The translations under genes were made by a program, and so were the position numbers. From Geosiphon pyriformis uo1 (taxonomy: Eukaryota > Fungi > Glomeromycota): 64,000 nucleotides of DNA. The notes under the pieces were generated by a model. The model was not told the origin of the DNA, made no database searches, and saw only the letters and a program-made list of their open reading frames with translations. The DNA lies in the NCBI GenBank assembly GCA_016748015.1, contig JAAOMT010000009.1, positions 1,365,924 through 1,429,923 on the forward strand, written 5' to 3'. This document shows positions 1 to 12,100 of this stretch, piece by piece (the stretch's first letter is position 1; every line of letters starts with the position of its first letter).

Positions 1-3000
1 TTCATTGGTACAAGAATATGAACAATTTGGTTTCTATTTTTATGGAGTCAAAGCTTAAAGAGAAAGTTTGTCCATGGTTAACTGACAAATTTGATGGTGT
101 TTGGGTTTTTACTTCTGGTCTGGATTCTAGTTTTATGGGTGCTGGTGTGTTGATTGTCATGAATTCTTCTTTAACAAAACACATCTGTAAGGTCTCTGAG
201 ATGCCTGGTTGGCTCCTATCCATCAAGTTGCTTTTTAAAAATGAACTTTCAGTGTCTATTTTGGGGCTCTACACTGGTGTTTCATTAGTGGTTCGGTTTT
301 CTCAGGCTGGTGAAATCAACTCTCTTATTGCTAAAGCTGTTAATGAATTTTCTTTTGTTGTCCTTAGTGGTAATTTTAATGAAGATGGTTCTCAAAAGTG
401 TGCAAGTTTCAAAAAATGCCTTGAATTGGGGTTGGTTAACTTTTTAATTGGAAGTCCGGCCATTAAGATGCCCACTTGGGCAAATTCTAGGGGTGTTATG
501 AAAACTATTGATTATGTATTTGTTTTACTGAATCTGGTCAATTCTTTGGTATATTGCAGTGTTTCAAATGTCAATAAATATTTTGATACAGACCACCAGG
601 CTGTGTCTGTATCTATGGGCCTGAGTAGTTTATTAGATACATGCTTGTTTTCTCTTCGCAAGCAGGCAAATAAAGATCATTGGAAATTTGATGTCAAAAA
701 TACCAGTGAGGCTAAATGGCTTGAGTTTAAGAATGCTATGACTGCTAACACTACTATGTTATCAAGTGCGTTTGGTAATGCTGTGAAGTTTTCTGATCTT
801 GGTGTTATATGAGACATTATTTGCAAGATCATGGTTATTTCAGCTGGTGGTGCTTTTAAGAAAAGATGGTTCAAAGGTTTTAATATAGTTCGCAATAAAG
901 TGTTGTCTAGGTTTCATAAGCTGGAGCTGTTAGTTTCCAAGCTGGTGAAGGCTTTTTGTTTGAGTTTTAGTGTCAGTTTTGCTTCACTTTTGGGTATATG
1001 AAACAATCTTAACTCTGCTGGTGCTTCGACAGTAAGATTTATGTTCTTTTCTGGTGCTAAATTTGATGACATTTGTTCTGCTCTGCTCAAAGCGAGGAGG
1101 TTATACCACTTTTCTAAATTGCTAGAGTCTAAGCATGCTGAAGAATCTCACATTAGGCAGGCTATTACCAATAGGATGGAGAGTTTTGAGCTGGATAAGG
1201 GTCATACAATCAGAAGTGTGTTGGAATGTCCCTTTCACAAAGTGGTTTTGGACCATCTGGTCATGGACAATGAGTTAGTTCTTAAACCTGATTTGGTTAA
1301 GTCTAAGGTAAATGCTATTATAGAAGGATGAACTAGGAAGCATGTGGTGGTTGATGATTTTTCTGATACTTGGTCTCATCAATACAAACCTTTGAACTAC
1401 ATTTTTGATGTTGTTTTTTCTGGAGTAATAAGTAAGATTGATTTACTAGTCTTCCTGATAGGAAAGCTGTTGGTTTTTCGGGCATCTCTAATGAGCTTTA
1501 GAAATATTATGATAAGTTGGTTTTGGGTTTGCTTTTGGTTTTTTTGAATTTTTGTTTGTCTTGTGAGTTGTTGTCTAGTCCTTAAAAAAAGGCTTGGGTT
1601 TTGATGATTCTCAAACCTTATGAGTGGGAGAGTGTTCTCACAAATACTTGTCCTATTGCCTTAATCAAAACAGCTTGCAAGATTCTATCCAAGATTTTTT
1701 CAGATAGGATCTCACTGGCTTGCAGCTCATATGATGTTCTGTATGGTAACAATTTTTCGGTTTTAAAGGGTACAACAACTCAGTTTCCTATTTTTGTGGT
1801 TGGCTTGATAATTGAGGATGCTTTGGAAAAAAACCGGGAATTTTGGCTTGTATGGAAGGCATATGATTCAGTTGGCTGGGAGCACCTTGAAAGAAGCTTG
1901 GTTAGGATCAAAATGTGTAGTAAATTTGTTTGCTTTTTTGGTAGTATTCATAGGGACTGAACCAACCATGTCATAACAGATTTTGATTTGACCGATAGTT
2001 ACTGGGTGTTTGATGAGTTAGACCAAGGTAAAGTTTTTTTCTTTTTGCTGTGACACATATTTTATGATTCTCTTTTGTGTGAAGTCAAGTGTGTGTGGTT
2101 ACAGGCTCAATTCTTATTTTGTTTCTGGAAGTGGTTGTACTGAGTCTCAGGCTGGGCTTTCTACTTTCTTTGCTATTGGTGCTTTTGTTGATGATACTAT
2201 TTGGATTGGTAGTAGTCAGGCTGCTACTCAGTATATTCTCAATGTTGCTAGTGAATTTTTTTGAGTCAATGACATTTCAATTAATAATGACAAAACTGTG
2301 GCCATTCCAATCAACAGCAGGGTCAGTATTCCATTTTTTTTTTTAGTAGTTTGCCTATTTCTGTTGCCCATAAAGGAGAATCTCATCAGTATCTTGGTAT
2401 TTTTTTGTCAACTGAGGGTCTTTCAAGACCTAGCTTGACTAAAACGCATTCAAACATTCGTTTTTTTACTAATTTAGTTCTAAGAAAAGCGGTTTCAGAT
2501 AAGCAGTTCTTGTATCTGGTGTCAGCAGTTCTCTACTCCATAATCAGCTACAGAATGCAGTTTGGCTATGTTTCTGTTAGTGTATGCAATAAATAAGATG
2601 CTATGATTTGCAAGGGCTTGAAGCTAAAAGCTGGTCTTCTGATGGACTTTCTTAGTGATACTATTCACCATCCTTCTTTTTATGATTTAAAATCTTTTTC
2701 ACAATGTCAATCTGAGAGTAAAGTAGCTTCAGTTATTAGTTTTGTGAACTCTGGTGGAATCTTGAGGTGTCTGTTCAGTTACAAGTCACATGACTTATAG
2801 GTTCTGTATTGGCAGCCCATTTACTCTTTAATCTCTCCTGCTCGTATTCACATCAGTGTTTCTAATAATTTCTTGGCTGGTATGGTTCACATTCTCCTTG
2901 ATTTCAATTTGTCTTTAGATAGTTCTTTGACCAGTGCTTTTCGGTTTTGTGACAGGTTTCCTATGTTTGTCATTCTTGGTAAGTCTTTATTTTTCAAGTT

Positions 3001-4685
3001 CTTATCTTCTCTCCGGCATTTTGGCATTGCCTTTGTGGATCAACTTCATAATCATTATGGCATTGTTTTTAGCTGGCACACTTTCAAGTGGTGGAAGAGG
3101 CTGGACCCTCATGGTCTGGTTCCTGAATGGTTCAATCTTTCTGTTGTATTTCTTATGGCTTCTCATTCATTTTCTACAGTCTCAGTTGGTACTGGTCTTC
3201 TTAACTTTTGTGAATCTGATGATTTTGTGGCCGCTTATAGTCATCTTTCCCAGGTTGACATCGATAGTTTGTTTGTATATATGGATGGTTCTTTGAAGTA
3301 TTTGGGCACAGCTGATTGTAAAGCTGGGGCTGTCATTTTTTTTGAAGACATTGATTTGGGTTTAGGTATTGGTGTTTAAAGTTTAGTGTCATCTACTTTA
3401 GCGGAATTACAGGCTATAGTGTTGGCTTTGGAGTGCATGCCTGCAGCTTATTCTGTTAATTTGTTTTCGGATAGTCAAGCGGCTTTAGACATTTGTAGGT
3501 CTGAGTTAAGCCTGATGTGCTCTGACTTTTGCAATCAATGTTGGGTTGAGCGTCAGCATATTCAAAATGTTATCCACAGTAAGAATTTGAGAATTAGTTG
3601 GCACAAAATTAAGAACCACTCTGGTGTTTTGGGAAACAACCATGCTAATAGTATTGCTGATGCTGCGTCTCTATCTGGGTGGTATCTTCCTCTTCGTGTG
3701 AATGAACACTTTTTGTTGGTGGATGGTGGTGTTGTTTCTGGTAATTCTAAACACTTTGTTTGAGATGTTTGTCATGCAGTTTGTCATGCACACTGGAAGG
3801 TTGGTTCCAGTTCTGGATTTCTGGCTAGTAGTTTGTGTTCAGATGTTGACTGGCTCAGTTTTTTTAAGGTTTGGCACCCTGATTTGCATATGGCCACTGG
3901 TTTCACTAGCAGGCTTACAGCTGATACTCACACTTATCTTATGAAGACTTTGCACTGTTGGCTGCCTGTGGCTGTCTGGAAGTGCATTTACAATAAATGT
4001 TACTCTAGTGTTCTGTGTCTGTACTGTGGTGAGGTGGAGGTTTTTAATCATGTGTTTTCTTGTGTGGCTGATGATTCGGCTTGTTGTCAGATTCTGGAAT
4101 CCTGCATGTCTTCTTGAAGGTCACTTTCTGGGCTCTTTTTTCCCTCTTTGGTTGTGTTGCAGTTTATGTCAACCTGTGCTTCGGATTTGCTGGTTTTTTC
4201 GGCTTTTTACAAGGGTTTTGTTTTCAATGGATGACTTCAGAAGGCTGTTACTGTCTTCCATGATCTCATGATTGCTGGTATTAAAATTACTGATTTTATG
4301 CGCTCCCTATGTTCTGCTTTTAAGAATAATATTTGGTTGGTCTATACCAAGCATCGTGTTTTTATGAAAAAAAATGGCCTAATTTCAGTGGATAGATCAA
4401 TTTCCATCCCAGTTTTTGGTTTGGTTTCAAGGTTGTCGCCTGGTGTGGTTAAATTGCTTGGTGTTACTGAAGCTTTTGGCATCCTTTTTGGCTTTTGCAA
4501 GTCTTGTTTGTTTTTTTCGGGTATTGGTGACATGGTTTCTGTTAATATAGTTGCGTAGTATTGTTCTGACTGGCTCGAGTGGCTGGTCATGTGTAATTAA
4601 GCACATAATTCACGCCTAATTTAGATTATTTTATTGATGTATTGTTCTAGGTAGTGTTTGGACCTTACTCATTAAAAAAAAAAAA
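1..4685 (+). mobile_element. Degenerate non-LTR retrotransposon (LINE copy A): ORF2 APE endonuclease-RT-RNase H-C-terminal Zn finger, 3' UTR and poly(A); 5' part lies outside the window
   Basis: Colinear broken ORFs: APE motifs (GNFNE, TIDYVF, TDHQAV; 18-812), RT (PIALI, KAYDSVGW, AFVDDTIW; 1601-2264), RNase H (VYMDGSL, AELQAI, SDSQ, HSG..GN; ~3270-3700), CLYC..HVFSC. Stop TAG 4556-4558, 3' UTR, A-tract 4674-4685. Confidence 0.93.
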
Positions 4686-5099
4686 TTTAAAACTTTATAT
4701 AATTATATTGTATTAAATAATAATTGAATTAATATGTTAAAAATAAAAAATAAAAACTAGTAAATAATTATTTTTTGTTAAATATTATTTTTAATTTAAA
4801 ATTTGTTTTTTTTTTATAAAAAATAAAACTTTGATTTTTTTGGTGTTTTTACTATTTTTATTGTATTAATAATTATAATGTTTAATTTTGTTTTAGTTAT
4901 AAATAATGTTTTTTTATTTAAAAAATAATAATAATAATATATTTAATAATTTTGATTTAATTAGCATATATTTATGTTATTTAATATTTTAATTTTAATT
5001 ACAAAAATTAATTAAGAGTAATAAATAAACTTTTTTTTCTTTTATTTATAATTTCCTAAATAAATTATTTTTTAAAAAAAAAGATTTTTTATTTTTATT

Positions 5100-6900
5100 A
5101 TAATTTTTAATATTTAGTTTATTGTTTATGTTTAAATACAAAACTATTAACAATATTAATAATATTATAAATATAAAAAAATACTAAAAGTTTAAATTTT
5201 GGTTCTATTAATAAAATTTTTTTTTTAAAGCTTAATAATAATAATTTAACTTTTTTTCTTATTTGATAATAATTTTAATAAGTAATTTGAATAATACTAA
5301 CATTAATAATACAGCCAAAACAAAAAGTTTAATATAAATAAACAACATTTGGTAAAAAAAATTATCTTTAATAATAACAATAATAATATAAAAATAAATA
5401 TTATAAATATTATTTTTAAAATACTTAAAGTCAAAACTTATATAATAATTATAAAGTTTTTAAGTATAATTAATTTTAATATTGCTAATAGTAATTTAGA
5501 TATTTTTTTTAAATTTAAGATTAATATTTTTATTAAAAAGTTTTTGTGTTAAATATCAATTTTTTTATAATTAGTAATAGTTTATTTTAAGTATATATAG
5601 TTTTAAAAAAATTTTTATTTTTTTAAAATTTAATAAGATTATTTATGCAATTTTTATATCTAAATCAAAAATAATAAAGATTATAAATTTAATTAATAAT
5701 AATATAATAGTAAATATTAAACTAAAAAAACCAAATATTTGTTAAAATTAAGCTATTATTATTAAAAAAAATTTGATAAAAACATTTATAAAGACTATAT
5801 GTATTATATTATTTAAGTTTAAAAAAATTAAGTTGATTAAGATATAATTAATAAAATTATAGCAAAAAGTATTAATTAAATTTAATAATTAAAATTAAAC
5901 CAATTTTTTTTATATTTAAATAGTTTATCTTAATTAAAAAAAATACAGTTTAGATAATCAAAACTAATATTAATAAATTATTATAAATTATTAAAAACAT
6001 TTTCAAGATTTTGTTTTATATTTTATTAATAAATATAATTATATATAATTTGTAAAAAATTTTGTATTTAATTAATTATTATTTTATTATTTATATATAT
6101 TTATATTATATTATTATTTGTTTTAAATTTATAAAAAATTTAGCAAATATTTTAATTATAACTTTAGTTTTTATAAGTATTAATTTAAATTAAACTAAAT
6201 TAAATTGTTTATGTATTTAGTTTATAAAAAATTTAATCATATTATATTAATATATAATTTTAGTTTATTTTTATTTTTCAAGTTTAAAATCAAAAAGCCA
6301 TTTATAATTTTAAATAAATATAAATTTATTAATATTATTATAGATAATTTCTGGATTTATTGAAATTTTTTGTAATTTGCTGTTTAAATTTTTGAATCCA
6401 TTAATTTGAAAGTTTTTTAAAAGTTTTAATAATTGAATTTTTAATATAATAGACAAAAATTTAATATAATAGTAGATAATATTTAATATTTAACTTTTTT
6501 GGCATAGTAATTAATTTATTCTGGTGTTTTTTATCTTTTTAGTAAACAATTCTAGTTTTTTTAACTATAATCTATAATCTATTTTAATATTTTTATCAAA
6601 CAATTCTTAATATCATAATTTTAGTATTTTTTTTAATTAATTAATAAATACTAAACCAATAAAAAAATAAAAAAAATTAGTGTTTTGTTAATAACTATAA
6701 TTAAAAACTATTGTTTTAATATTGTTAATAGTATTGTGTTAATTCTATTATATTAATAAAAAAAGTAATTAGATTTTAATAAAATAAGTATAAACTTATA
6801 AAGTATATATTATTATAGATTATTTCCTTTTAGTAATTATATTATAATTAATTTTTACAGTTTTTTAGATCAAGTAATAATATAAAAAATTATTTAATTT
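5100..6900 (+). pseudogene. 'Ghost' LINE ORF1 relic decayed to very low GC
   Basis: Manual translation of ~5640-5885 (IYAIFISKS..IIVNIKLKKPNIC*N*AIIIKK; KFKKIKLIKI*LIKL*QKVLIKF) aligns to LINE ORF1 of copy B (IIVNTNLKKQSIHSDWAVFIKK; EFGDIKSIKVQLIGMWQKTVVKF). Boundaries approximate. Confidence 0.6.
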
Positions 6901-8966
6901 TAATATAAAAATAAGTATATTAGTCTTAATTAGCATTAATTTTAATTTATGCTAAATTGTTACTTAATAAATTACTATTTTTTTTTTATTTAAGAATCTA
7001 AAAGTTAGCTTAGTGAGTTTTTTTAACTTCTTAACAAATATTAAATAATTTCTTCTGGTAAGTGTTTTTATTATTAGATTTAATATATGATGTAATATTT
7101 CTGTTAAAATTATTGTTAATAACTGCTATTATATTAGTTTTTCAAGAAAAATTTTTGTTATATTTCTATATATATAATTGTGTTTTTTCTTGAGACTTTT
7201 ATAAAAATACTCTTTTTTTATCTTATATTAATATTAAATATTTGTATTTTTTTGTTTATAATAAAGTAGTATCCTATTTCTAATAAATTTAAAGAGAATT
7301 AAAAATAAAAAGTAAAATTCAACAAAATTAATATTTGTAAAATAATTTTGATTAAAGATTATTTTTTCAAGATACAGAAAGCTTATTTTAGATTTTAAGT
7401 TAATTGTTAATTTTGGTTAAAATATTATTATAAATAGTTTTTAGATAATTTTATGTAGTTAATATTCTTTAAATGTGTTTTCAATCTTGTTAAGTTTGGA
7501 TTTTATTTGTGTTTTTATTGGTATATTGAATGTTTTTATCATTGTTTTTATTAATGAAAAAATAATAATGAAAAAAGTAATGGCTTTTTGAGTTATTTGT
7601 AAAAGACCAGATTATAAAAAAAAAAATCTTTAATTTTACTGATCTTAGTATTAATGAATATTATAATTATAATTTAATTTTTTCACTTTTTTTTCATTTA
7701 TTTTATCTAATTAATTTTTTATTATTTTTTCTCTGTTTGTTTTTTTAGTTAGAAAGCTATTGTATATATACATATTTCAAGTTATATATAATTATAACTA
7801 TTTTAATTAATTAGTAAATAATTGCTAAACTATTGAATCTTTTATTTAATTATAAGTATCTTTTGGTTTATCTGTTTATGATCATATTAAATTGAACACA
7901 TTTGTGTATATTTTATATGCTATTATGTACATATTACATTTTTTAATTTTATTTGTTGATTTGTGTTATTTATACTTTTATTTATTAATTAGTTAATATA
8001 TTATAATATTATTATTTTTGATTTTTGTTAATTTTTATCAAGTAATAACATAAATAATATAATTTGTAAATTTATTAGAGTAATTGTAAATTTTTTAAGT
8101 ATAAAAATTATTTTATAAGATAAAATTAGACTTGTTTTTAATTAAGTTTGTCTAATAAAATTTATTTATTTTTTTTGCTTTTAATATTTTTGCTATATAA
8201 ACATAAATTTTTATAATATAAAATTTCTGAAATTTTTACAATTTTTTAAGTTATTGTTAAAATTTTTGGCATTTTTTTTTATTAAGATTTAACAAGTGAA
8301 ATTCAACTGCTATCTAGCACAGAAAACCAAACTAAGTGGATTAAACTAAATACAGTTCACATATTTTCTACATATAACCAGCCACTTGGACCAGTCAAAG
8401 TGACACTACATGTCTATCTTAATATACAAATCACCATCCAAACCAGAAAAAAAACGGCACAATCTATGCCTACCAAAACTAACAGCAAAAAACTCCATCA
8501 TGCCAAGCATATGAACCACCTCATTCAAAAACAAGAACACCATACAATGAGACAAGCCTGACACCACATTATCATCATAAGCCAAATCAGTTTTTTCCAT
8601 ATTCACTCTATGCTTAAATCTAACAAGCTATACTCTAGTGCAATATAATTCTACCACATACCTGATAAAACCCACTGTTACGGGATGGTTTTCTTGTTAT
8701 ATTTAATTGCTGATATCCCGCTTTAATTGCAATCAGTCTTTCGTGAGTTCCTCAATTCTATTTGTGTGATAATGTCACTGTTACACTGAAGGCTTTCTTT
8801 TTACTGTTGCGATGTAAGTTATTCTTTAATTCTTGATTGTTGTGTGTGTTTATGTACTCCTTCTCAGAGGCTGAACTGAAATCTATCCACTGTCTGGGGT
8901 CTTCTCTGAGGCTATCCTTGCAATTGCCTGATGTGTTTCTCTAATCTAGAAACACAGAATGTTAAT

Positions 8967-9029
8967 NNNNNNNNNNNNNNNNNNNNNNNNNNNNNNNNNN
9001 NNNNNNNNNNNNNNNNNNNNNNNNNNNNN
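8967..9029. other. Assembly gap (63 N)
   Basis: Run of N. Confidence 0.99.
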
Positions 9030-9102
9030 CAATATTAAAACTACTGTATATATACATGTTTGTAGTTCTACGAGAAAATACTTTCTTTTTGATATTTCAA
9101 CC

Positions 9103-9190
9103 TGGTGCTTGCTGCTATCACCAGTTGGTGTTGGCTGCTATTGTGAACTGGTGCTTGCCACTATCGCGAGATGGTGTTTGCTACTATGTT
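9103..9190. repeat. 4 x 23-nt tandem repeat (TGGTGYTTGCYRCTAT core) in the putative U3 of the solo LTR
   Basis: Units start at 9103, 9126, 9149 and 9172. Confidence 0.8.
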
Positions 9191-12100
9191 AATCATTACC
9201 TTTCTAAGATTATTACTGTGCTATATTATGATTGAATAGTTTGTATTATTTTTATGATTCTTTTTGCTAAATTCTTAAACCGTAACACCACCAAAGCTTG
9301 AGTAGCCTTTTTCCTACTCTCAAAAACCAAAGTGGTCTCAATGAGCCAACTCCTTAACACAAAGCCCTAACAAATTGCAGCATATAAACTCACATCTAAA
9401 GAACACAATAACAAGGAATGTAAGACATTTGAGCCAGATAAGTAAGAAAAATCTGACAAAAATGTCCATCTACTAGCAGCCTCCACCAAGATCTCCTCCC
9501 AGAAAACAGCATTCCCAGAACAAGTAAAAACATGATTAGGCAATTTCATCTTACTGCACAGTAAGCACAAAATTCCAGGATAATTCTTGTTATACAACCT
9601 CTTTCTAACTGCCACTAGCAGCCATCTATGCACCACTTTCATTAAATATGTGCATATATTAGCTGACTTCCTACTAGTAAACTCAGAAAACATGTGTGAA
9701 TCAAGATGCCAAATATCAGTAGTTACAACCCAGTTTACTTTTTTAAGCATATCATTCAGGATTATATTGTGTCTGGGACCAGTTTTCCAACAAGCACAGC
9801 AAATTGACCGGTATATATCACAGATAAAATAACAGGCATTACCAGATACAGCAGTGTCTTTAGCAACCAAAAACTGCTCCCGAATTTCAACTGGCAAAAT
9901 GAAAAAAGAGGCAGTAGTTTTACTGGCTAATTTATCAGTCTTAATATTGCCAAAAATCCCTAAATGTCCTTTAACTTTTACCCACTTAACTGAAATGTCC
10001 TTATTTTTGATAAGATTGGCAATATGCAATTGCTCAATCCAATATTGACTGCAGAAATCAGACATAAGCAAAGAAGCCTCAGACACACAAACATCAATTG
10101 CAGATTGACTGTCTAAATACAGAGCCACAGCACATGAAGCTAGAACACACTCTAAAGCCAAAGCAATGGCCTGTAATTCAGCCAAAATAGAAAACAGTAA
10201 ACCAAATACTCTAACCCCAATACTCACATTAGCTGCCAGAAAGTAAGCCATTGCTCCACAAGACACTTTAGCAGAACCAGTATTTTTCAAAGACCCATCT
10301 GTGTAGACTTCAATACAATTTAACCAAACATCTAACAAACTGCTATGCACATCTAAGAAATCAGTAGAATTCAAAACATCCAGCATAGGCAAGTTAGAAC
10401 TGATAGCAAACCCAGCTTTCAGAGCAATAGTATTGTTCATAAACTCAAACACCAATGTGAACCAATAAGAAATAGGGCCTCTTGGATCCAGTTTTTTTCA
10501 CTGCCGAAATGTTTTCCAATCCATCACCACACTTCTTTTGTTTAGAAGTCTGTCACCAAACACAACTCCAAAATGCTTCAAAGAAAGAACAGAGTTATAA
10601 TACAAAGATTTTCCCAAGATATTGGATATTGAAAATTTACAAGGCCCATAAAAAGCACTAGGCAGATTGTTTACCAAAAACAACTTGTTTTCCAAAAAAA
10701 TTCTTACAACTCCAGCCAAAAAATTGTTCACAAGACTAACACACAACTTGACAGAGAACTTCAAAGAATTTATAAAGAATCACTTCAGAACTTGTAGATC
10801 CAAAAACCTATGTTTGAAAAGATGTCTAAAAATACCACGTGTATTGGAAAAGGAGACCAAAAAAGCTATCTTCCCTTCAGACTGGATCTGTTCAAAAAGC
10901 TTCAAACCATACAAAAACAGATGATATAAGACCTCATTGGAAAAGTCACATGGTAAAGCAGCCTTGGCTTTTAGACCTTTCTGAATCATTACATTCCATT
11001 TACAATAAACATCTGATGAAACAAAACTAAATTATATCCAATAGTTAACAATGGGCTGCAAAACAGCCGAAACTAAATAAGAAAATTGTTTATCCATAAT
11101 AGTCTTTTTTAACACTACATTAGAAAAAAACTTGACATTCTTATAAGCTTGAGTCACACTGGGCTTAGAAAGACTCTCTGTAGACAAAAATATGCCCAAG
11201 TACCTATGAAATTTACTTTTCTTAGCAATTGAGATCGGCAAACCATTAATCAAAAGTGAGGCCTCTTTGACACTTTAATTGATGGGAATAGCCACTGTTT
11301 TGTTATTATTAATTGAAATATCATTGATAATGAAGAATTCACTAGCAATATTCAAAATATACTGTGTCGAAGTCTGACTACTCCCGACCCAAATTGTATT
11401 ATTAATGAATACACCCACAGCCAAAAAAGAAGTCTTCTCTCAAACAGTCTCAACTCTGTCTGTCCTAGCTACAAACTGGGTATCAATATGATAGCCACAC
11501 AAATGTTCATGCCTTTTGACCTCACACAAAAGTGGATCATAAAAAATTCTCCAAAGAAGTAGTAAAAAAACTTCTTTTTAATCCAAACCATCATGCACCT
11601 TATAACTATTTGAAAGACCAAAATCTGTCATCACTCTGTTAATTTGATCTACATGAATGCCACCAAAAAAGCTAATAAACCAACTACATATTTTAATATA
11701 GTGCAAACTGGCCTGCAAATAATGCCAGCCTACCAAGTCATAAGCTTTGTACATGTTTTGCAAAACCAGCCAAAGTTCTCTGTCCTTCTCTAAAGCATTC
11801 TTTACTACTGACCCAATAGCAAAAATAAGAGATTGAAGTGCTCTTTAATACTGAAAAGTTATCACTATGAAGAACATTAAATTTGCTACAAGCTGATAAA
11901 ATTTGATCAGATAAGATTTTAGACAGGATCTTCTGAGCTGTTTCGACTAATACAATAGGTCTAGTATTCATTAACACACTATTCCATTCATAAAGCTTGG
12001 GAATTATTGATATCCATGCTCTCCTCCAGGATGTAGGGATTACACCCAATATCAAACATGAATTTAGCAGCTTCAAAAAAAAAGCTAGAACCTCTATACC

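Larger units (their letters stand above)
8676..9287 (-). mobile_element. Solo LTR (or LTR element collapsed in an assembly gap) of a second gypsy-like family
   Basis: Termini TGTTACGG...CCGTAACA form a perfect 8-bp inverted repeat. 4-bp TSD CCAC at 8672-8675 and 9288-9291. Splits the LINE B ORF2 C-terminus. TATA-like TATATATA ~9047-9054. Contains a 63-N gap. Confidence 0.85.

Noticed and set aside
8240-8280. TSD for LINE B (TGGCATTTTT here and near 25997)
   Set aside because: The match is short, gapped and in low-complexity sequence; the 5' end cannot be fixed.
8925-8960. Hammerhead ribozyme (CTGA..GAAAC) in the solo LTR
   Set aside because: The core reads CTGATGT rather than CUGANGA, and the flanking stems do not fit.
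9103-9190. CRISPR-like array
   Set aside because: Contiguous 23-nt tandem units with no unique spacers and no cas genes, inside a eukaryotic LTR.
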